Source of the DNA: Phoronis australis
Lineage: Eukaryota; Animalia; Phoronida
Assembly: GCA_002633005.1 (NCBI GenBank)
Contig: NMRA01000150.1
Location: 592,453-656,452 of the forward strand
Length of the DNA: 64,000 nucleotides
Direction of reading: 5' to 3'
Made by a program: the position numbers and the translations under genes. Shown here in pieces: positions 29,401 through 41,400 of this stretch. Positions within the stretch are counted from its first letter, which is position 1; each line of letters begins with the position of its first letter. The notes below the pieces were generated by a model. It had not been told where the DNA came from. It worked only from the letters and a program-made list of their open reading frames with translations, and ran no database searches.

Positions 29401-32400
29401 CCACAAAATGCCCTTAGAAGCATACTGTTTACAGTGTCGCTGTGGGTGCATTTCAACTTGCTGTTCTTGTTCAGTTTGTTATTCTACTTTCTCACTGCTT
29501 TTGACTGATGTCTTAACACGCATGATCTTGAAGTCACTTTATTGAAGCTGTTTGATTGCAAAAGCAGGCTGTTACTCTAGCTGGCACCAGGGGGGGGGTT
29601 TACTTCCGTAAACCAGATCACTGCTACGTTTTGTATGAGATCCAATCATGACCTGGCCTTGGTGTTATATTAAAGCAATGATCCAGAATTCTTAAAGGGT
29701 TGTTTGTGTAAACAACCATAATGCTTTCTGAACTCAATAATTCTACATTCTGACTAGTGTGATCCTGACCAGGGTGGTCAATTATAAGGTCAAGGGTTTT
29801 GATGGAGGTGTTTCATGTCAGCATTAATCTGATGGTACGTATCATGTCCTGTGTCTGTGATGAGATTGCAGGGATGCTCCATTTTTTGTTGAATTAAAAA
29901 ATGGGTGGCTGGTGCTTAAGGACATTCAACAGTCATTAGAATCAAGTGTAAAAACAAGGCATTGAACACTCTAATTTTCATTGTGCCTTGTTTGTATAGC
30001 CTTTTCTTGCCAATCACCTAGTCATGGCTGAAGAGACAACATTCTTGACTTTGTATGCTTTATTTACCCTGTATGTGCTTCTGTTCTACTGCAGTTGTGT
30101 TTCAAATCAAACTGCTTGTATCTGTTTATATGAGTTTGCTCGTTTTGACTGCCCAGCAGACAGTGCTGCCACCTGTGATGAATAAGGTAGTCTATGTTTT
30201 TGTTACTCTACGCATCTCCACCAGGAGGCGCACAGAAGCTGACGAGGATCTGTGGATTGAGGTAGATGACGAGACAAGTAGCGCCAGGTTTGGTAAGTGA
30301 TTTGGTGTTGTGCCGCATAACAGGGGCACAATAGGGCGTGTTTGGCATGCTGTCCTTGTCCTGTCAGTCCATCTGTCTTTTGCCTGAGCTATGTCTTTGC
30401 ACTGTGTTTCTTCTCGCTATACTTTGCCTGAACATGCCTTCAGCTTAGTTCCAAAAAATGTGCGAGACTTCCATTCCTGCGCTGCACCATTATTTTTCCA
30501 TGGAGTGTGTGTTCTGGCTTACAATTTTGTTGTACCAATGGTGTACAGGAGAAAAAAAGCAGATGGTGTGCATGACGTGGATTGCTGGTTTGTGTCAAGG
30601 ATGCTGCTGTATGTAATAAGCAGGATGGAAGTCTAGGCCGTTGAACAAAGCAGGTTTTTGGCACATTCTCTGTGTGAATTTATCTTAGTGTTGTGTTTTT
30701 ATGTTGTTTTCTTGTGTATCCAACCACAGGAGACCGACATACCAAAACGACGACTTCTGGATCGATATATCCCAGCCCTTATTGTCAGAGTTTGGTGAGT
30801 GAGGGCGCTAGTTGCATGCTGGAAGTTAAGGGGTTTGTTACAATTGCATAACAGCAGATGAGTAAATTGACAGTATAATGCTGCAAGTACAATTTATGTC
30901 ATTTGTGACGGGGTAGCTGAGTCAGTCTTTGATGTCACATGACCAATTTATATTCATTGCTTTTGCCATGATCACTCCCACAGTTTGTCTTTTTGGAAGA
31001 TAATGAATACGCTGTAGTTCTTTACTGAACTAACATGAACATAGGGTAACACTGCTTGGTCATTGTATTTTAGTCGCTGTGTTTGGTCATCTTATATGTA
31101 CCGTGTGTCGGGGGGGGGGGGGNNNNNNNNNNNNNNNNNNNNNNNNNNNNNNNNNNNNNNNNNNNNNNNNNNNNNNNNNNNNNNNNNNNNNNNNNNNNNN
31201 NNNNNNNNNNNNNNNNNNNNNNNNNNNNNNNNNNNNNNNNNNNNNNNNNNNNNNNNNNNNNNNNNNNNNNNNNNNNNNNNNNNNNNNNNNNNNNNNNNNN
31301 NNNNNNNNNNNNNNNNNNNNNNNNNNNNNNNNNNNNNNNNNNNNNNNNNNNNNNNNNNNNNNNNNNNNNNNNNNNNNNNNNNNNNNNNNNNNNNNNNNNN
31401 NNNNNNNNNNNNNNNNNNNNNNNNNNNNNNNNNNNNNNNNNNNNNNNNNNNNNNNNNNNNNNNNNNNNNNNNNNNNNNNNNNNNNNNNNNNNNNNNNNNN
31501 NNNNNNNNNNNNNNNNNNNNNNNNNNNNNNNNNNNNNNNNNNNNNNNNNNNNNNNNNNNNNNNNNNNNNNNNNNNNNNNNNNNNNNNNNNNNNNNNNNNN
31601 NNNNNNNNNNNNNNNNNNNNNNNNNNNNNNNNNNNNNNNNNNNNNNNNNNNNNNNNNNNNNNNNNNNNNNNNNNNNNNNNNNNNNNNNNNNNNNNNNNNN
31701 NNNNNNNNNNNNNNNNNNNNNNNNNNNNNNNNNNNNNNNNNNNNNNNNNNNNNNNNNNNNNNNNNNNNNNNNNNNNNNNNNNNNNNNNNNNNNNNNNNNN
31801 NNNNNNNNNNNNNNNNNNNNNNNNNNNNNNNNNNNNNNNNNNNNNNNNNNNNNNNNNNNNNNNNNNNNNNNNNNNNNNNNNNNNNNNNNNNNNNNNNNNN
31901 NNNNNNNNNNNNNNNNNNNNNNNNNNNNNNNNNNNNNNNNNNNNNNNNNNNNNNNNNNNNNNNNNNNNNNNNNNNNNNNNNNNNNNNNNNNNNNNNNNNN
32001 NNNNNNNNNNNNNNNNNNNNNNNNNNNNNNNNNNNNNNNNNNNNNNNNNNNNNNNNNNNNNNNNNNNNNNNCACTATGAAATGATTAATGTTGCCATTGC
32101 TTCATGCAGTAGTTCTGTCATGTAGTCATTTCTGTAGGATGTAGTGTTGTCATGAATTCGTTGCTGTATACTGTATGGTATAGAGCTGTCATGAATTTAT
32201 TGCCATGTAGTGTGGTGTTGTCATGAATCCATTGGTGTTTGGGCTGTGTTCTGTAGTGATATGATCGTGAAGTCATTATGAAAATCAAATGATCATTCAG
32301 AAAATCTATCATTGCTTTTGAGATGTCATCTTGAGCATTTATAACAAATAAAGTTTAATAACGTTACTAATGACGTGATTACCATGACGATGTTAATAAA

Positions 32401-35400
32401 CTTTTACTAAAAACATTGCCATACGAATTAATGACAGATTGGTAATAGTCAAAAATCAAATTCTGTTGGATGTGTGCTTACAGAAAATATATTACTTTCA
32501 CAAAGTTAAAATTTATAGTGCTGTAGGTGAATTGGCTAATACGCAAACTTGCTGTAACCTTCATCGGTTTTTGAATGACATGTGTCAGCTAACTTCATTG
32601 CAGTAGCTGATTTCTTAGAAATGATTTGTGTGTTTTAGATTGACGTGATGTTTTGTGCTGTTGACCTGTCAACAGGAAGTTGTGTGTAATTCTTGTCCCT
32701 TGGCTCTGTGCTGGTGGTGGACTGTAGTGCAGCCTATATGCTTCTGTGACACTGTTGTGTGTGCAGTCTACATGCTTGTATGACCCTGTTCTGTGTGCAG
32801 TCTCTACAATATTGTGTTATATGCTTGATATTATTGCCTTACAGTGTCAATAACAATATATTGCTGTATAACTCTTCAAATGCTCCTCACAGTGTTGTAG
32901 ATGCTCATTACTTTTCAAAACAATGTCTGATGGTAGCTGCAGTGCAGAATTTGAACATGGAAAACCTTTGATTTGGTTCTGAATGTCCTTTACGAAAAAA
33001 TGAGAGAACAAAATTTCACTTTTCGACCATGTTCTGTCCTAAGCTGCAGGGATCTTACATATTTTGAAGGAAACTCTCTCTAGGATTGGTTGTTAAATTA
33101 CTATGATATTGTTTAAAATGAATAGGGAAAGGAAATTCTAAGGGATTGGGTGTAAAATTAATGTGATATTAGAAATGAATAGGGAAAGGAAAGGGTTTTG
33201 GTACTCTCCTTTAAACTCACATCTACATAGAAATACAATCATTGTGTTGAAAAAGCATGCATAGTGTTGAATAGTTTCAACAACTGCCTGAGAAAGCCAA
33301 TGTTGTAAAGTGGTGTTTGAAGTAGTAGACTGTAGCATCCGCTGTTTCAAATGTTTTCAATTGAAAGTTCAACTTATTAAGACTAGCTTGAGCATTATGT
33401 ACATGTAATATTGAAAACTTCCGCTTTCTTCTTCAAAAAAGCAACCTAAAAAGTGATATTATAAAGGCTGTTAAAAACATGATACATTGGGAATGATATG
33501 AAGATTGCAGATGCTTAACACAGAGGCAGTTGAGTTTTTGATTACTGTGTAGTGCAAGTCTGGTGTAAATCAGTGAGGTATACAGGGTTGGACTCCTTTT
33601 GTGTGGGACTGTTGGCAGTTATTGGTATTGACTAGTGACATGTTATTGCAGATGATAGTGAAGTTGATTCAGTGCCTGTGGAGAAATGGAGGGAACACGT
33701 GGCCTCACTGCATGCAGACAGTAACTTGAAGTTTGCACAGGAGTACGAGGTGAGTATGGCCCAGAGTTAACACGGATATTGCACGCAGACAGTAACGTGG
33801 CATTTGCATGGGATTATGAGGTAAGTGTAGACCAGAGTTGACGCACACACTGCATTCAGACTTTAACTTAAAGCTTGCACAGGAGTACAAGTACGACCTA
33901 GTGTCAACACCCATACTGCATGCAGACAGTAACTTGAAGTTTGCTCAGGAGTGCGAGGTAAGTATGGCCCAGAGTTGACATGCATACTGCATGCTGACAG
34001 TAACCTGAAGTTTGCATGAAAAAATTTAGAATTCAAGGTAAGTACAGCCTTGTGTTGACATGCAACTTGTAGAGGCTCATACTCGGGGTTAGTGCAGTCT
34101 GAAATGACTCGCTGTAGATATAGACCGACACGAACCTTGTCGACTGATTGCAGTATCTAGATTTATCATCGCACTATTAATCATTTTTTGTCTGATTGCA
34201 ATCACTATCTACTAATCATTATTTGTCTAAGTGTAATCATTTTAATTTATTGTGTTACCAACTGTATAGTGCATGTCATTGTAAGGAAGCGTGCTATAAA
34301 CATGTATTCACATCATGGCATATTTCTCTTCAATTTGTCTTTATTCCTTATAGGAGATCAACATTCAGCAAGACCTAACCTGCAACCACTCTTTAGACGT
34401 GGAGAACAAGGCTAAAAATAGATACACAAACATCCTGGCGTGTAAGTTGAATAATTACAAGTTTGTCTACATGTAGTCTGTTATTGTTCACACTCATTAT
34501 TCACAATGGAGCACCAGTCATCATCATCATCATCGCCCTTGCCTTCGCCACTGCCCTCGCCATCTCCCTTGCCCTTGCGCTTGCCATCTTCACCGTCACT
34601 ATCTTCATCGTATTCGCAATTCACAATGGAGCTTCATTTTCTGATTCAGGTTGTGACATCTGTTGGCTCCAGTATTTTCATAATTGCAATGCGTTGTGGA
34701 ACTCCAGTTTTTGGTTCAAATTGATTGAATCATTGTAATACGCAGTTCATGCAGTATTTTCTTTTAGGCAAACATGTCGCTTTGCAATTTTATGCTACCG
34801 ACCTTTTTAGGCACCAAAAATTTCAATGCAGTGCCTCGCACCACTTCAGTATTTGAACTAATAATTGGGCATACCATTCAGTGTTTGACCTGATAATTGG
34901 GCATACCATTCAGTGTTTGTCCTGATTATTGGGCATACCATTCAGTGTTTGACCTGATAATTGGGCATACCATTCAGTGTTTGTCCTGATAATTGGGCAT
35001 ACCATTCAGTGTTTGACCTGATAATTGGGCATACCATTTAGTGTTTGACCTGATAATTGGGCATACCATACTGTGTTTGATCTGTAACATTTTTTTTACA
35101 TTTAATTGTGTACTTTGTCAAATGTGTGCAAGTACCGGCACATTAGTCGTGTGTTTAGCTCCCGTTGTGTCTTTGTGTTTGATATGGACCTTTAGCAGGA
35201 GTTGGCAGCCACCCACCCACCTGTCATTGCAGATTGCACTATTCAGATGTAGTGAAAACTAACGTTTTCCAAGAGGTTTGTCTAATACGGTTCTTTTGCA
35301 GCCATTCTAGTCATTCACGTAAGAGTTTGTATCAACTTAGTATGTGATATTGGGGTGTGTAGATACTTGTATACGACTTCTATAGGCAATCAAAAATCAT

Positions 35401-38400
35401 AAAGGAATCGCATGTCCTCTATTTCTTCCTAAATGCTGTATAAAACTTTTTAAGCTCTTGGTTGGATTACCTGTTTACACATTACAATTAATTGAGGGCC
35501 CTCTTGGAAAGCAGTGCTATCGCTGAAGAGGCCTGCCCCATTTTAAATATTACATTAAATAAAATAAAATAACTGAAAATAAATTGTATATAAATTAACT
35601 CGTTTGCAAAAAATGGTTACGAAAACCCGTAGTATGTAGACAGCAGTTTATACTTAACTAATTGGTATGTTGACAGGAGTTTATACTTCAACTAATTGAT
35701 ATGTAGACAGGAGTTTATACTATAACTAATTGGTGTTTAGACAGGAGTTCATACTATAACTAACTGGTATGTAGTCAGGAGTTTATACTGTAACTAATTG
35801 GTATGTTGACTGGAGTTTATACTTTAACTAATTGGTATGTAGACAGGAGTTTATACTGTAACATATTGGTATGTAGACATGGAGTTTATACTTTAACTAA
35901 TTGGTATGTAGACAGGAGTTTATACTGCAACTAATTGGCATGTAGACAGGAGTTTATACTTTAACTAATTGGTATGTAGACAGGAGTTTATACTTTAACT
36001 AATTGGCATGTAGACAGGAGTTTATACAATAACTAATTGGTATGTAGACAGGAGTTTATACTTTAACTAATTGGTATGTAGACAGGAGTTTATTCTCTAA
36101 CTAATTGATATGTAGTCAGGAGTTTATACTTTAATTAATTGATATGTAGACAGGAGTTTATACTGTAACTAATTGGTATGTAGACAGGAGTTAAATATAC
36201 TATAACTAATTGGTATGTAGACAAGAGTTTATATTATTATTGTCTGGTAATGGTTCATCAGATGTATTTTCCACTGTTTTGCAGATGACAAAACACGAGT
36301 TGTGCTGGCTCCATTGCCTGGGAAACAGAAAGGTTCTGATTACATCAATGCAAACTATGTCGGCGTAAGTGAACTCCCTACCTCTTACTCAGATATGAAA
36401 ACTGTCACTTGTAGGGCAGTAGTTTTCAAAAAAAAGTTGACGGAAACATTGACTGTATCACTCCAAGTTGCCCCAAATGTGGCAATTTGCTCTTCTTGTC
36501 CCAAATGCAACTTAGATCAGTGTTTGTGAATTGATGGTACTGGCTGTACATGTATTTTTCTCTTGACGAAGTACTAACTTGTGTTCCTCACAGTCGTGCT
36601 GTTTGGGTTATGAAGTCTGCAATCATTGGAAACTTATGAAAGACCATCTTGCCTCATAATTTCTTAACTCTTCTATGTATAATAGTGTAAATGTCCAACG
36701 CCGTTTCTTATGTACTACAAATATAGTGCATTATATCTATATCTATATCTATATATTATTTATTTCTCAACTACTCTATGTATATACACCACCTTACTAT
36801 TTTGCCTCTCTTTTGATTGGGCTGAACCTAACGCCAAAACAATCCTATGTTTTTCAGTAACATACAGTGGTGCAACAGAACATTTATCCTTTGTTTATTT
36901 GTGTTCACACACAAATATTCTTCCACTGCGAATATGCCAGAAAGTTCCCTGGTACAACTTAAAGCTGTTTCAAAACCACCACAGTCTTTCAATTGTTGAC
37001 CTGTTTTCTCCATTTCATTTTGGAACTCGCAGCTGGTTTTCTCAACTTCTAAACTAAACAAATTTCTGAAAAATTGCGTTATAGTATGTCATCTTTATGG
37101 CAATATTAAACTGAATTGAATTATTATTATTATTATTATTATAGTCGCCTGTAAATGCAACTAGCCGTGTCATGCAGACTTCATTCACAATGTTGACATG
37201 ATGTTGGTAAAGCTACTCAAATGTAACTTAAGTTTGTAACCAAGAAACTAATGCAACTGTTAACTCTATGTTAAATGAGATATGCTATGAACCATTTTTA
37301 TATGCTCACATAATGTGTGGTTGCCTATTGTCGCCACTTTATCCGGGCGTCTTGGTGTCCAGCATGTGTTCGCTGTAGATCTCAAAAACCGTGATCGGAT
37401 TTTGTTGAAATTTGGCACATGGTTGTTGGGCATCACTAGGACGGTTCATGCTACTTTTCAATCTTACTAGTCCCCTGGGGTAAGGGAGGCGTAGCTTTTA
37501 TGAAACTTGATATCAGTGTGTCGGCATGATTCTGTATCTTTGGGGGAAGAGCGTTTCCATGTGATATCTAGAGAACTGATGGGCTAATTACATTGAAACT
37601 TAACATTATGAGATTGTGCCAGCTCCAGGTGGTTTTCGTCGGGACTGGACAACTGCTCTGGCTATTTCGTGTGAGGGTTATTCGAGTTGATATGTAGAGA
37701 ACTGAGGGAAGAATTTCACTGAAAGTTGACATGGGGGTATGTTTGGGCAATGTGGCTCTACCAAGTTTACAGATAGATTTGGCCACTGTAACATCCCTTA
37801 AGGGTCATTTAGATTTCGACGTGAGACTTTTCAAGTGTTATTCAGGGGAAGAGCATTTCCCAATGATATCAAGAGAACTGACTGACGGATTTTGCTAAAG
37901 CTTGACACGGAGGTATACAATATTGATGTGCATCAATTAATTTTTGGAAGGATTCCACCACTGCAGCACCTCCTAGTGGCTATTTTGGGAAGAATTTCCG
38001 GGTGATTGATCTTCAACCAACTGAGAGATTTTAATAAAATGTAAATCCATCACCATTAATTTTTTCCACAGATTCAGCTACTGCAGCACGTCCTAGTGAC
38101 CATTTTTATGCGCCCACATATTTATATGTGGACGCATTATGCCGTCATCTCTGTCCGTCCGTCCGTCCGTCCGTCCGTCCGTCCGGCGTCCGGCGTCCGC
38201 TGCTCTATCTCCAAAACCCTTTGACATACGTTCATGAAATTTGACACATATGTTCCATTCATGAATGGGACGGCATGTGCGAACTTTCAGACGGATCCGA
38301 CTACCGGTGTGCCCCCTAGTGGCAATTTTAGTTTTTTACGCTTACCTTTGTATCTTCAAAAGTCCTGAACGGATTTTCATGAAATTTGGTATGTAGGCAC

Positions 38401-41400
38401 CTATTAGTGAAATGACGCTATCCTCCCGTTTTCAGATGGATTCGACATAGTTTGCGCCACCTAGTGGCCATTTTTAGTGTTTTCGAGTCTGTTTTTGTGC
38501 GTCCACCCCTCTATCAACCAAACGGCTCAAAGGATGATTGTGAAAATTGGCATGCATATGCTTNTAGTGGCAATTTTAGTATTTTACATTGACCTCTGTA
38601 TTTTCATAGGTCTTCAGGTGTATACTTTGTGTTACTTCGTGACTGTGAAGGAAAAGTTCCAAGTAGAAATTTGTTTCTGGCATTCTAATGCTGTGCTAAT
38701 CTCGTATGTTGGTAAATTTGTTTTTAATTCTATGTTTCTGTGGTGTTTTAAGCAACTGAGGTATAGGATGTGCTTGTATTATGAAGATTACTCACATTTT
38801 GCCCCTAGCCCATTGAGGAGACAATGACCATGCCTTTCCATTTTGCAAAGTATGCCCTCTACTGGCCACTTTATGGTACCAATAAACAACCCTAGAAGGA
38901 TACCGTATGCGGTGCAATTGTGGGCGCATTTCAACGCTCCGCGTTGCTCTTGTGTTCTCAAGGGGTCTTCATGTGTTGCATGGGAAAAAGAAATTCTGAA
39001 AAATGATTGACCACAGACATGTGTGAAGCTAATGATTGACCACAGACATGTGTGAAGCTAATGATTGACCACAGACATGTGTGAAGCTAATGATTGACCA
39101 CAGACATGTGTGAAGCCAATGATTGACCACAGACATGTGTGAAGCCAATGATTGACCACAGACATGTGTGAAGCTAATGATTGACCACAGACATGTGTGA
39201 AGCTAATGATTGACCACAGACATATGTGAAGCTAATGCGCTGAACCCTTCGTTTTTGGGATGGCTTTGTCCACTACAGCATTGTGACAAGGAGCTTCTCA
39301 TGTGTTGTTTGGGGGAAGAGTGTTTCTGGATGGTATATAGAGAACTTATTGATGGATTTCAATGAAACTTCACATAGTCATGATCATATGCTGGCACCTT
39401 TTTGTGGGGATTTCTGTTTTCAAGTGTTGTTTAGGGTAAGAGTGTTTCCAAAATATATCTATAGAATTGATTGACAGATTTCGAAGAAACTTTACGCAGC
39501 TGTATATGATTACAATGTGCCGACAGTATTTGGTTTTTGTGCTGATTCGACTACCACAGCACCTCCTAGTGGCCCTTATAAATGTATTTTTGCGATACAA
39601 CGTGGACACATGTCTACGCTCCAGCGTTGCTCTTGTTCATTTGTTTTAGTGTTTTAATTCTGCCTGCTTGGTATTAAACATAATCCCCTTGAGTACAAAC
39701 ACTGCATAATCTTATAGCAAACTTCTTTCTCTTTACCAGGGTTATGACAATTCCCGGGCATATATTGCCACACAAGGTCCTCTTCCAAACACAATTGATG
39801 ATTTCTGGCGTCTTGTGTGGGACCGCAATAGCGTTGTTATTGTCATGATAACAAATCTCTACGAGAAAGGAAGGGTAATATTTTGTGAAGGAAGTTGTTT
39901 CGAGTGTGTTCTTTATGTTAAGTTATCAATACTTAGCGTATTTACATTCCATACGACACTAGGCAGATCAGATTTTAGACTCTGTGTGGTATATTTTATA
40001 AGTGCAATAATCTTGAGTTTACGTGCTTACCATGTAGTTAAGTTTTTACACTTATTCGTATCATGCAATCTTATCCATCTCAATGACTGCTCTTTTATCT
40101 TAGAAAAAATGTGACCAATACTGGCCTGAAGAAGTAGGTCAAGAGGCTACTTATGGGTTCATCACTGTTAAGCACCTGCAGAAGACAGAGCTAGCCTTCT
40201 ACACAGTACGAGTGTTCTCCATAAGGAATAAAGGCAAAAAGGTACTTGAGTCTCTTGGTCACTTATATGAGACCTGTGTACCATACAAAAAATGTGGATT
40301 CGTTTGGAAATTTGACTGGTAGTATGCAAGTAAACTTGACCAGGCAAAAATATGGAATTTCGAAGCAGATTATTTACCTACAACTGATAAGCTTATAATA
40401 GAAATTGAAGATTTTTAAACAAAAAATTCAACATATATATTTATTTTATCCAAAAAAATTAACTATGGATTCACAAACTTTGCTTCGATTCATTCTAAAT
40501 TTTGTAGCACAATTGATGAATCGTAAGGCGTCTTCTGCAGATATTCACCATCTACTGATATTCATTGTCTTCTACTGAAGATATTCATCGTCTTCTGCTG
40601 ATATTCGTCTTCTGCTGATATTCATCGTCTTCTAGTGAAGATATTTATCGTCTTCTGCTGAAGATATTCAGCATCTTCTGCTAATATTCATTGTTTTCTG
40701 TTGATATTCATCATCTTCTGCTTCAACTATTTTTGGCTAAATATGAATAGTACTTACTGTTTACAAAATGTCGATGTATTCGGAGTTGTGATGAAAATAG
40801 CTTCTGAAAGAATCCAAACTTTTTTAAAACGTTTAAGAACATGTCGTCTGCTGTAAGACATTGCACTGTGCAGATTCATGAGCACTTTCTTTCGGATTAG
40901 TGTTTAATAAGGAGCCTGAGCTTTTCACTACTGTAAACGCAGTCCACCACCTAAACACAGAAAATTTTGAAAATTGGTTGTCAATTCACAATGCATTAAA
41001 CTTTTTCAAAGGTATGTAATGGGGAACTAAACACAGTTTCAATACGCCAACATGATGAAAAGTTTGAATTTTTGTTTGGTCTCTACATGAAAATTTTTAA
41101 ATTACTGAAAAATATGCAAATCTGGTGTCATAAATATGCAAATCTGGTGTCAAAAATAGTTAAATGTTGTTGCTGATTTCACCAGCTAATATGTGTTGAT
41201 TTCCATTAATTTAACTTTTAAATATTCTATAGCCAACCATCTGTTGAGTAATGAAGTGTTTTAAATGTGTACCAAGGTATTCATGGAACGCATGTAGTGC
41301 ATAACTTGCCATGTTATGTTTCACTAGCCATGTTCTGAATACTTTGTTTCACTAGCCACCCGCTGAATACTTTAGGTTTCACTAGTCATGTGCCGCATGC

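Larger units (their letters stand above)
37297..39636 (+). mobile_element. Older HINE-like element hosting the 38105-38953 copy and a 29-bp minisatellite
   Basis: Degenerate 5' end TTTTATATGCTCACA...GTGG, internal CCTAGTGG modules, 3' ACGCTCCAGCGTTGCTCTTGTT. Confidence 0.55.

Noticed and set aside
31063-32125. 330-350 aa ORFs of X (also near 57900 and 60700-61200)
   Set aside because: Artefacts of N-gaps.
34463-34738. Hydrophobic and Pro/Ser-rich ORFs after exon 13
   Set aside because: Low-complexity sequence; no splice sites fitting the conserved D1 exon chain.
35632-36235. Regular ~30-40 bp repeats resembling CRISPR arrays (also 39002, 47090)
   Set aside because: Head-to-tail units with no unique spacers, no cas genes, and spliceosomal-intron context.
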